Shown piece after piece: positions 24,595-37,000 of a stretch of DNA of 64,000 bases (positions are counted from its first letter, which is position 1; each line of letters opens with the position of its first letter). The notes beneath the pieces were generated by a model, which was given only the letters and a program-made list of their open reading frames with translations, had not been told where the DNA came from and ran no database searches. The stretch lies in contig NMRA01000087.1 of assembly GCA_002633005.1 (NCBI GenBank), positions 749,393-813,392 of the forward strand, read 5' to 3'. The position numbers and the translations under genes were made by a program. Origin of the DNA: Phoronis australis (lineage: Eukaryota; Animalia; Phoronida).

Positions 24595-26017
24595 CAAATA
24601 ATAAGTGTTTGTTATAATATTTTCAGTTTCGTATTTTTGTGTTTGTTTTGTCACACTAGGAAAAAAGTGCAAGTTAAAGTGGTCGGTTTTGGACAGATAT
24701 GTGGGAATGTGACTGTTATGGTAAATGGCTTATGTCTTCATGGGTTTTGTCTCAATTTCAGGCATCTACAAATAGGACCTACGGGTATCATCTTTGCAGA
24801 AATGTTTGAATGTATCTGTTGATGTAAGTGCCAGAATAACCCCCGGCTGCTCTTTAACTTCATTAGTTGGTTTTGTTTGTACGAGTTTTCGAAGCAGGTG
24901 ACCCTTTTTAATTATCCGTGCTTATGCTATAGGGCGACATTTCAATTCGGTCTGATTTTTATTTAAAAATTTGTAATCATTTTTTTGATAAGACACACTT
25001 TTAGGTTACAAAAAATCAATCTGAAAAGAAACATTTTTTATACTTTGGTTCAATCATCAATGTCAGGACTAAAAAACAATGTGCATTGATGATAATCCGT
25101 GAAACTTTGGAATAACCGTAGCACGGTTGGAATGGGTCCTGGAGTTCTAATTTCAAGTGTACCCAATACCGAGAGTTGCGAACCTGCGCAACATAGCGGA
25201 AGTCTAAAACGGCAGTAACGACAAGAAATTGACATACCATGAGAGGTTTCACCTACACTTGGAATACCAGTGTTCGAAGGCTAATTTGAAGCTATATGTT
25301 ATTTCAATATAACTTTCTCTGCTATTTCATAGGATGGTTTGCAAGAAAAGCTCAACTGGTCTGATGGGCCGAGGTTTATTACAACGGCCCATTTTATTAC
25401 TGTGACAAAATTGGCCGTTGTAGTAATTCGGGGGACACGTTTCGACCCAATTTGTTACAGCTTTGTAATAGACCGAGCTGTTGCAACGAATCGGGGTCCG
25501 ATTTGTTACAACAAATGGTGTGGCTCCAAGAGTACTTTCCGTCGCCAGCTCGGGTGGACCTCCCAACATGGCGGTACTTTCCATAGCCATTTCGAGGAGT
25601 AGTCACTGCCAGCATCCAGCTTGGAGAGTCTGCAGCCAGTTCAGGGAGTACTCTTAGATCCAGCTTGACGGGTAACTCCAGCGCCGAACCATCCTAGGAT
25701 ACTTCTATAGCCAACTCATGAGACAGTCCCGAGATCAGTTCAAGGGGAGCGCTACACTCAATTATGAGTTTCTCGAGTGTCCATTACAATGGCGTAGCCA
25801 GAAGTTTTCAATAGGTGGGGCCAAATTTAGAAATCGATAAAGCGACAGTCCGGGAGGGGTTTTCCCCTTTCTCTACGGTGATACACAGTACACCGTTTTT
25901 TGTCCTTATAAACCATGTTATCGAAAACATTTGATGGTGTTTCTTTGCTTTTTTGATACTTTATTTCTCAAAATAAAGCAAATACATCAACGGTAATACG
26001 TGCTTAAGACAAAACAT

Positions 26018-26115
26018 CATGCATGTACATGCGCGCGCGCACACACACACGCACTTATAGAAACACTCATACACACGCACACACACACACACACGCGCGA
26101 GCGCGCATACACACA
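26018..26115. repeat. (CG)n/(CA)n compound microsatellite
   Basis: catgcatgtacatgcgcgcgcgcacacacacacgcac...cacacacacacacacgcgcg. Confidence 0.85.
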
Positions 26116-27592
26116 TAATCAAATTTATAATATCACGGTTGCTGCAGGTAAATAATAGGGGTTTCTCAAAAACCGGTCTGATGGAGTTGAATTTTTGTTA
26201 GCGTTCAGTAATTATACATGCTGTACTTTTAACCTCTGTATTACTAAGGTTCGTTTGGCCTCTGGTGCATTTATTAATGGCATATTGACAAATACTCAAC
26301 AAAGGCCATCAAAATAACATTTTTGATTTAAAGAGTCTTGGATTTTGATAAACAGACTAAATTACAATATTGAAAGTGGTTCTCTGCCACTAAAACAGAA
26401 TTCAACCTGCTCACTAGGTATTTTTAGGGTTTGTTTGTAAAGATTTTAAATTTTTTGTTGATATCTGAGCATTTTCTTTTGGCTTCAAATTTCAAAAAAC
26501 GATCTGTCAACTGCTCGCCACTTCGTCGATTTTTCTCCTAGAACCTTAGTGACTTCAAGCAACTGACTGTGAGAGCTTGTTGGCATTGATCATAAGTGGG
26601 AAGGAAATTAGAAACTCTGTGGAAACCACAGTTTTTCCTTCACGCGTATTTCAAAAGTCGTAAATTTTGTGATTTTTTCTGGATATTTCCTCAAAGAAAA
26701 AGTGAATTATTCTCGTTGCAAGATGTTACTTTCGTCAGGAATTCTTTAAAAGATATTTTTGACGAGCTTTCGCGTTCCATGCATCTTTAAGATTAAATCT
26801 TGTAGAGTAGGAGTTTCTGAATCTCGTACCATAAAAATCTCACGAAGTCACATTCCCCAACACAATGATTAAAAGCTGCACAATATGCACAAGTGCCCTT
26901 ACTTTCTTATCGTATCTTTTTCATAACATTTTTTGTATAAGTCTTTCCATGAATGTAATCAAATTTGAAAGTACTAAAACAAGGAAACAACAAGAGTTTG
27001 TGTGGAAGAACATAAATTTGACTTTGCTTTTTTAAAGTAAAAACTAATCTATATCGGGAGGCGAAACAATTTTGGATCCAAAACGCGTCTAGAAAATAAA
27101 GTTGTTTATTTAAATGGAAAGAAATTATCCACTTTGACTTTGAAGAGCCAAGTTTCACCTTCATTGCACATTTAAAGATGAATAGTTCATTCAGTTTGAC
27201 AGCTTATATCTTTCTTTCAATATCTTCCAGGTCAGGAGTTTACTTTGAAAATCCAAAATTTTCTTTACAAAGATGATGCCTGTCTCAAAAAGCTTGAAAA
27301 AATACATTCTCCCCACCCATCAAAATGTTTTTTTTTTGTTGTTTCATACTATTTGAATTTCAATTATTTTGTCCTTATGTAGTTAGTCAATAATTTCTTG
27401 CTAAGCAATCGAGTTGTCGTGGTAAGTGATATCAAAATTTGCAAGACACAACAACTTAATACTTGTTTTAAAGATCGGACTACCCCCATATGTTTTCAAA
27501 ACATAGTTTGGAAACACTTAAAACTGCATTGTTTCCAACCAAGCAGCGGTTAACCTGCTTTATTAGTGACTTGAATGTGATATTTACACCAG

Positions 27593-29481
27593 GAAATGAA
27601 AAATCATCATTTTCACGAGAATTTAGGGTCACGTTTTTTATTTTGAATGGTTTATCTTACCAAACACAATTTTTAGTGTAGTGTTTAATTTTAATCTATT
27701 TGGACTATCCATCCCAAAATTACTCATTAAAAATGCAAAAATTTGACTACACTAATTCTGCCTAGCAAAGAATTATTGTAGCTTTTCCCGACAGACACTG
27801 GGAGTCTTTTTAAGCGATTTAATTGTAAGTTCAAACTTAATTATGACCGATACAAAGCTCTTGATTGGTTTTCCAATCCATTTGAAGCCGAAAAGTGGGC
27901 CAGGACACTCTTTTTCTCGACATAGGTATAATCCTTCACACTTTTTGACATTTAGCAGAAGTATAGGCCAGATAATAACCTAAAATGTTTTTAAAATGAT
28001 AGACAATTTATGCCAGAATTTAAGCTTGTAGAAATAAGGTAGTATCATCTGCACACTGGAGAATTTTTGCTTCATTTTTTCAACTTTATGGCTTTTATCA
28101 AATTGCTACTTCGTATGTAACTCAATAGCTAGGCAAAATAATGAACATGACAAGGAATCACGCTTTCTGAGGTCCCTTTCTGTCGGAAAACAATCTGTAA
28201 TAAAACCATCATTTTCAAAACTATTTTGGTTTAGTATAAATTATGAGAACCCATCGTGTTAAATCCTGTCCAAAATTGAGACCATTTAATGTTTAAAAAA
28301 TAAAGTCCCATTTTATTGTATCATATGCTTTGAAAAGTCTAAAAATAAAATTTGATCCTGACCTTGAGTAATATTTGTGTATTTAATAATATCCTATTTT
28401 CCCTTGATATTATTCAGACGGACTGTAAGAAGTTTGGTAATAGTTCATAACCAGTGTTTTGTAATGATACTGATCGCCAAGTATCTGCAGGATGTTTTTT
28501 CGTCCTCATCTTTAGACTTAAGTTGAAGCTTTATGGCTCNGAAATGAAAAATCATCATTTTCACGAGAATTTAGGGTCACGTTTTTTTATTTTGAATGGT
28601 TTATCTTACCAAACACAATTTTTAGTGTAGTGTTTAATTTTAATCTATTAGGACTATCCATCCCAAAATTACTCATTAAAAATGCAAAAGTTTGACTACA
28701 CTTATTCTGCCTAGGAAAGAATTATTGTAGCTTTTCCCGACAGACACTGGGAGTCTTTTTAAGCGATTTAATTGTAAGTTCAAACTTAATTATGACTGAT
28801 ACAAAGCTCTTGATTGGTTTTCCAATCCATCTGAAGCCGAAAAGTGGGCCAGGACACTCTTTTTTCGACATAGGTATAATCCTTCACACTTTTTGACATT
28901 TAGCAGAAGTATAGGCCAGATAATAACCTAAAATGTTTTAAAAATGTTAGACAATTTATGCCAGAATTTAAGCTTGTAGAAATAAGGTAGTATCACACTG
29001 GAGAATTTTTGCTTCATTTTTTCAACTTTATGGCTTTTATCAAATTGCTACTTCGTATGTAACTCAATAGCTAGGCAAAATAATGAACATGACAAGGAAT
29101 CACGCTTTCTCAGGTCCCTTTCTGTCGGAAAACAATCTGTAATAAAACCATCATTTTCAAAACTATTTTGGTTTAGTATAAATTATGAGAACCCATCGTG
29201 TTAAATCCTGTCCAAAATTGAGACCATTTAATGTTTAAAAAATAAAGTCCCATTTTATTGCATCATATGCTTTGAAAAGTCTAAAAATAAAATTTGATCC
29301 TGACCTTGAGTAATATTTGTGTATTTAATAATATCCTATTTTCCCTTGATATTATTCAGACGGACTGTAAGAAGTTTGGTAATAGTTCATAACCAGTGTT
29401 TTGTAATGATACTGATCGCCAAGTATCTGCAGGATGTTTTTTCGTCCTCATCTTTAGACTTAAGTTGAAGCTTTATGGCTC
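27593..29481 (+). repeat. Near-identical ~0.94-kb tandem duplication (27593-28539 / 28541-29481) joined by a single N; probable assembly artefact
   Basis: Copies differ only by scattered SNPs and small indels and abut N at 28540. Confidence 0.85.
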
Positions 29482-30569
29482 CTTGTCTCTGTGGTGTTAA
29501 TAATTCCCCTAAAAATATTCAAGTAAAAGCTTTTTGACTTCATTCCAGAAACAAATACACAACTCATAATTTAACTGGTCATTTCACGGGGACGTTATTG
29601 TTATTACAAATTTTTTAAAGATCAATTTACTGGACCTCACTTCTCATCATTTGCGCACGAACTCTCTAATTTTGTAACAATTTGAAGACCTGTTTTGACA
29701 CTTTCCAAATTCTGAACAATTCCCTCACCAACTCTACCTTCGTCCACTTCTGTATTCCTTTATTTTTATTTTAACTATTTCCCATTTTGTGTTTTTGATA
29801 CTTAGATAATTACACTAATTAATACAGGAATTTAAATTTATGTTTAACTTTGTTACATATTTTTGTCTTCGAAACATCGGCGCGTGATCGTCTTTCGATC
29901 TGACGGCGTTAGCGAAATTCTTTCCCAAACAGTACGTTTGTTGAATAACATTCAAGTTACCCATTGCTTACGCGCGCGCTGAATATTTTCTTTTGAACTG
30001 AGTATGTGGGGCCATGGAATACATATGATGCCGGCCGTCACAAGCGGTGTTGAACAACCAGGGTTAATGTTTTTCCTCTCGGGCTGTCCTCGTATGTTGA
30101 GGTTTTTGACTTCCTCTTTTCCACAAAAATGTTCTAAATGATGCCCTTTTCCAGTAATTTTTGCATGGGTTGATACCCGCCGGCGCCGCCGGGTTGCACA
30201 CCCCCAGTGGCCGTCAAGGATACAAAATTTGGTAGTCGGGAAATTTCTTCTTCAACGTAATCCTTTATCGCGATATATGAGGCAGCTATATATATATTAA
30301 AATAGCTCACTGAACAGCCAGTATACTATATGCACTGTGTAGCTGAATTTTGGTAGAAACATATTTTAATGTTATCTTCGTACAGGTCGATGCTTTTTCA
30401 TTTGTCTCTTTATTTGAGAATGAACCTGCTGTGGACTTCCCTACAGTAGAAATCCATGTCTCCACGAGCAATCACACATATAGGCCATACTATAGGCAAT
30501 ATCACACATCAGGCCTACCGCCTTCAAACCTTTCCTTGGAGGACACGCCATCTATATCTCTGACCTATT

Positions 30570-30681
30570 TGAGTCACGTGACTAAGCTGGAGCCATTTGC
30601 ATATCTGGTTGGCCTCCGTGATGAACTGAATGTACTACAAATCACTATTGTCTCTTAATCGAGGCAACTTAAACCAGAAAG
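30570..30681 (+). promoter_or_regulatory. Candidate TET promoter and non-coding first exon
   Basis: E-box gtcacgtgac (about 30573-30582), octamer atttgcat (about 30595), strong donor AAG|GTGAGT after 30681; the first coding exon has its own acceptor at 32636. Confidence 0.4.
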
Positions 30682-32682
30682 GTGAGTGTGCTGTGTGCGG
30701 ATCCCTTTATCTATACTTAGTGCATAATTTGACGTGTAGTGGAAGGACACATTTATTCAAAAATATTGGTGTATGCTTTGTTTATTTTTTCCGTCATTGG
30801 TCTTCGTGTGTTAGCGAAGCCGCGATCTCTCTACTCTAGTCTTGTGTGTCGAGACTCCGTGCTCTTACTCAAAATCGAGATCGGTTCAAAGAAAAAAATC
30901 TGAATTAGTGATTTTATTGACAATGAGGCACGCCATTAAAATATCTTTCTCAAGTTTTTAAAGTTATGACAAACCACGTGCTGATGTAAAACGAAAACCG
31001 CATTTTGCAAGACAAGTTGACCCCCAGCCCAGGGCAGTGACTGAGAGAGGTTCTCCAAAGCGGGGATTTCTAGGTATAGAAATTAATCCCTGCTTTGTGT
31101 TTGTGTTTTCCTTCCTTGCAGCTTGGCTTGGCTGTTATATATATTCAACACTGTAACTTAAAATGAATGTATTTGGCTGAACAACAACAATAAGGGCAAA
31201 AGGATTAAAATCTTTTGTTTTCTTTGTCAGGGGTGCAGTACGGTAAATTTATTTAAATTGGAGTTAATTTTATGTCAAATGCTCTTTTCCAAGTTTCACT
31301 GCTCAGGCCTCAGTTGTTTATTTCTAAGAGTGTAAGCCATCATTTTTACATTAATGGATTTTTGTAGGAATTTTGACTATCATTGGTCAACAAGCTCACC
31401 TTGTGTATAGGTAGATCTTGTCCGAAGAGGGGGTCAAATCAATAGAAACTTGGATACCTATGTTATTACAAAATTTCACATGAAAATGTCACTTTTTTAA
31501 GCCTGGAATGTTACGCGTGTTCATAATCATGGTAGATTTTGATTTTAAGGAGGTGTTTTTATGAACATCTCTGAAAGTGCCAAAAAGATGTTCTTTGAAG
31601 CTCACTTTTGGGGAGGGGAATCTTAAAGTAACATTAGGAACTCCTCTTGTTTGTAATCTTCGCCTATTTCTGAGAGCAAAAAAGGCCGAGATAGTGCCTA
31701 TACTCTAGAAGCTTCACTTTATTAGGGTCCAGTTTTTAGAAAGTTGGTCACACTTTGAAAGTTTAGGTTCCTGTTACTCCACTGCTTTGTAGGGATTTTC
31801 AAAAACCTTGTTGAAACATGTACCAAAGTTTCTGGTGGTTGTCCTCCTTGGCATTCATAGAACACAGGATGGCTCTAGGTAAAAACATTTAAAGTCATGA
31901 ATGCCATGTAGGGAAGAGATTTTTCGAGTCTTAAAAAACTGCTCTCTTCTTGGTGGTTGAAGATTTGTCATCCTAAGCTCAGTCTCCCCTTGTTTTACTT
32001 TAGTTTCACACAAAGAATTCCTTGCTGTTATTTAACATCCCATTGTACAACTGTGTGGTTGACCACTTTACAACACATATATGACAGTTGTGTAAGAGCA
32101 CACATTTCTATAGGTGAAAGGTACTTTTGCTGTATTTCATCCTGCCAAGTTTAGTCTGTGAACGTTTTTAGTGGGGTTTTCATACCCACAGTTCAACTGT
32201 AACATTGTAAAAACAAATTGGATCACAAATAAGCTAACGATCAATTTTAGGTTTTCAAAATGGGGTCGTGAGATTAATAACTGCTTACACTCTATTTCAA
32301 GCTAAGCATTTATAAGTAAATGTTCAGTATGCAGTTCCCACAGAGTCTGCCTGTTATTTTCAGTTTCATATTTACATGAACTCTTGAGAAATAAACAGTT
32401 ATCTGTCAATGTTATGCCTCTTATCCAAGGGTATGCATGCTGTATACTCTTTGTTACAAAACTCTTTTTGTTGTTTCATCTTTGATCAAAATATAAGGCA
32501 GAAAGTTAATCATAGTCTTTGTCAAATGTTAACCAGCATTTCATGTGCACAATATCATGTATTTCCAAAACTATACAGTCAAATGACCTCAGTTCACTTA
32601 GAAAAGAACACTAAATTACTTCTTGTGTTGCTGCAGGTTTAGAATGTCCACCTGAAAAGCTGGACTGGTTGCCACAGCCAAA

Positions 32683-32943
32683 ATGGACAACTACTGGATG
32701 AACCACCAGGGAGCACCCCAAACTAACTCTTGGCCCAACCAACAAGGATGGGGTTTTCCACCAGGGTTTCCTCAGCAACGAATGGGACTTCCTCCACATC
32801 ACCATCCTCCGCAACAGCCGCAGCAGCAGCAGCAACAACAGCAGCAACAGCAACAACACCAATATCATCATCATCAGCTACAGCAGCAGCACCAGCAGCT
32901 GCAGCAACAACAGCAGCATCAGCAACAGCATCAGCAGCAACAA

Positions 32944-32995
<52 letters not shown>

Positions 32996-34071
32996 TGATG
33001 CTTAATATGATGGCTGCTAATAAGTTTGGTATTGCTGGTAATCACCGCATTCCGTTTCCTGTAAGCTTCCCTGGACACCACCCAGGAAAAGATGGATTTG
33101 CAATTCCACCTCATTTCCCCAACAGTGCACCTCTGCTGGACAATGGAAAACCGCCGAAGAAAAGCAAAAAGACAACGAAATCCAAGAAAGTAACCACACC
33201 TGCTAATAAAGTTGCTCCTGTAATTTATAACAATGAACAATTAGTCAGACCTGATTTTGATTGTAGCAGAATGGCCCGGGAAGAGTCCCAAATCAGACCA
33301 GGGTTTACTGGACCATTTGTGCATGGGCAGGCTGTCAGACCAATGGTGAGCGGGACGAATGAGCCCAGCTCATCACCACGTGTTGTTACCCCTCAGAGAG
33401 TAGCTGCAAGGACTGACCCGGATAGCGAGTCTGAAATGAACAGTCTCAGTAATATGGATCTGGCTCAACAAGCACTGAACAATTTCGATAACGATTTCTC
33501 AAACTGTTCATTGGATTCACCTGAGGGATCACCTTTAGATTCCATTACAAGTCCCCTCGTTCATGCCATCAACAATCAGGCTAAAGCGCCATCTGGTGGT
33601 GACATGAATCTGCCAAAATCGAGTGATGTTCATGAAGAACTCGTCACTAGTTTTGCTGTGTTGCCAAGTACACCAAAAGTGTCTGATCAGATTGTGAGAA
33701 TGCCTCAGGGTAAAAATACTTCACCATCCCCTGGTCCTAACAATCTATGTTTACCCAAAAATCTGGGGCAGGTGGCAAAAAGTGCTGCGGAACCAACTAA
33801 AGATGTCTCTCAGATTATCCAACACGGATCAGAGTTGGATCGTGTACAGCTGGGCGATTTCGGGCCGATTCTGAACACCTCGATGCATGTACCAGCACGT
33901 CTGGGTGACATGGATAAACAAGGGAAACCGCGACGGAAACGAAGAAAATGTTGCGGCGAGTGCCCACCCTGCCGCATTAAGGAGAACTGCGGAGAATGTT
34001 ATCCTTGTAAGAACAAGGGTCTGGTGAATATGAAGTGCAAGATGAGGAAATGTGTGATGCTGAAGGTCAAG
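32683..34071 (+). CDS. TET: TET first coding exon: polyQ/H N-terminus and CXXC zinc finger
   Basis: Acceptor ctgcag at 32636, ATG 32683; [41 protein letters not shown]; donor AAG|gtatgt, phase 0. Confidence 0.88.
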
Positions 34072-37000
34072 GTATGTATAGTCACCTATGATAGTAGCCG
34101 GATTGGGGGGGGGAGGTCTCCAGCGGCAAGAATTCACGAGAATGGCTTGTCTACCCAGGGATGGTAAAATCTCTCTGTGGGATACGTTATGATGGACAAG
34201 TGACATTTTGTGTTTTCATTTTTTCCACCAATGATATGTAGCACCAAATAGATAAACTTAAAGGTTTACACTATTGCTGCCACCAAACAATATTTTAAGA
34301 AATTGTGAATGTTGGGTTATGTATATTCATTGTATCCTGAATATTTCGTAATAAACATTAAAAAAAACAAAAAAACAACAGTCTTGGAAGCTTATAAATA
34401 ATGTAGAAAAGTTTAATTGTGAAAATTGTGTTTGTCTGAAATTGGTTAGATTTTGTCACAGTCACTTTCAAATGACTGTTACGTGTTTTTCTATAGTTCA
34501 ATCTGACCACTTTCAGACAAAAAGTATTGCCAAAATACATTGTTTTTTATTTTTGAAAGGCTTCTAACGTTCCGAATGCCGCAATTTTAAGAATAATTGT
34601 CAGGTGGTAGCTATGGTATAGATCTGTAAATATATTTTAATGTATTGACTTACAAAATATAAACAGCAAATTATCTTGTTGGCCACATTGGTGAAATTTT
34701 ACTGTATTTATAAATGTATAGTTATTGTTTTTTGGGTTGTCATGGTTACCATTGTCGTTACGGTATTCATCAGCCATCAATCAAAATTTATGCCACCTGC
34801 CATTGTTATCACCTGCTGAGCTCTGGGTTAGTATTTTTTCAGTGAAAATTTGAATGAAACATTCACTTAAAATGAAGCAATTTAAGTGTTGCTGATTGTT
34901 TACTGCTTCTTTTACTATATTTGGCATATGATGTGATGTTAGCCTGTTGAATTTGATAAAAGTGTTGGCCATACAAATTGTTGAGTCCATAAACACGTTT
35001 TACAAGGGTTTCATTTGGCTAGTTCTTTGTGGAAATCAAGTGAACTACACTCTGCCAGTAGTTGATATTAAGAGTTTGAGAATCGGACAGTCCTTGCGGG
35101 AGAAAGTAATATTAATGGTCTAACTAATTTTTTATATATTTCACAAGTATCCGCATTAACTATGCCTTTTGATGAAGGCAATTGACATGATATAACAACA
35201 ATAGAAAAATGTTCGCTTTCTGGTCTTTAAATTTGCCGCAGCACTTCATAGGTGTCATGTGATAACATGTCATTGACCTAAAGCTGGGTTCGCGCAATCC
35301 CCTTACCAGATTGCTCATTGGCCAGCTATAAATAGAATCCCATCTTCAGTCATGTCTGTTTACAAAGTTCTATTCCCACTGTGAGTAAATGGGTCTGTCT
35401 TAAGTTAATCATATGACGCCACCCAATACTGTACCTATCATTGGGTGATTACTTGAAGGTGTTTTAACCATGTCAATGGTCACTGAATTGTCCCATCTCT
35501 GCCACCTATATGATCTTAGTTACTGTGTTTTACACTGTTACACAATGATTGTTTTCGATACAACATAATAATTCTTTGTAAAGCAGTAGTTTATAAATTA
35601 AATTACGGATGTCCAGTCGAGGATCAGTTATAGAGACTCTAGTTCTCCATTTTCAAAAACAAAGAAATACGTTTTAGCTAACCTAACCAACTTGGAAGTT
35701 AACAAATTCTGTTTTGATAATCTATTTTTCAGAGTAAAAACAATTTATAAAAAATTTTGGTATTTGTTCTCGTCATTTATGACAGCTCACTTTAACTGAA
35801 AATTTGCTGTCTCTCTAAACTGGAAGAAGAACAAAGACACTTTTACAAATTTTAATTTTGTTTGAAACCTCCGTTTCTGTGAAAAAGTCCCCATTCTATG
35901 AATTCCGTTCATTTCCATCATTGTGAAAAACCACATGGTATCTACAGATAAGTGTTAATGCAACTATATTTCAATGAAGATTTTGCGCACTACTAATTGC
36001 AAAAATTGTCGTAATTTTTCCATTTGTAGAGGTAGATTAATTTGCTTTAGGGGATTTTTTTTGCCAAATCTTGTTTCATGGCTTCTTCACAGTACAGACT
36101 ATGCTAGTTATCTAGGACTATATATTACTCCCAGCTAGTAATAGACTAAATTTTTCTTCGTCTTTATTTTTGTCGAGGAATTTGACAAAATTTCTCTTGT
36201 CAGCCATATTGTGTGCTAAATAAGCGAAGGATTTTGTCTTCATCAGCATCAGTGTTACTGCTGATGTTGGGTAGAAAGTTATGTTACTAAAGATCAATTT
36301 GTTACGTTAGATATTGATTTGTAATTGATTAGCGTTTTGACTTCTAAGAATGCATACTATTGTCATTCTTTACTTACTGGTATTTATCACATAGTATGGC
36401 TGACATGAGAAATTCCATTTTGTGTAGTTTCTCCACAAAAATCAAATGAAATTTTAGTCAATTGCTAGCATGATTTGTTCTGTTTCGTGTCATAAAACAG
36501 CTTTCGATAAATTTTCCGTTGGCAGTAAAACTATCAAGTTTTGAAAAATGGGTAAATGACAATATTGGCAATAATTTTTCTGCGAAATAAATGGAAAAGT
36601 ACTGTATACGGATGTGTGCACAATTCATGAAAGATTGAAAATTGAAGATTGTTGTAGTGTCCAGTAGTATCGGACCATGGCAATGCCCATGTTTGACTTA
36701 GTGTTATGTAATGCTCTGCTTAGTGCACTCACCTGGTAATAGTCATGGGGGGCACTTTGAGAACCAATTTTGTCCACTACCCGGCATCAAACTGGCTCTC
36801 AGGATATGGTACCCCAGTTTGTGACTATTTCCCCCCCTCGGTATTTGACTCCTAATTAAAACACGTGGATGCGACAACTCCTGTACTTTGTTTTTCTAGT
36901 TTAAATTCATAGTGATTAACCCCAGTGGATATTGAACTATTTTTGGTGCGTTATTCAATCCCGGCTCCTGCCTTCTCTGGCAGTGTTCTAGTCTCCAATT

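Noticed and set aside
32611-33240. Poly-Leu and poly-Ala ORFs
   Set aside because: Alternative-frame or antisense readings of the TET CAG tract
34072-34167. Stand-alone 494-aa CXXC protein (CXXC4-like)
   Set aside because: Strong phase-0 donor at 34071 is compatible with downstream TET exons; cannot be excluded as a minor isoform but has no positive support
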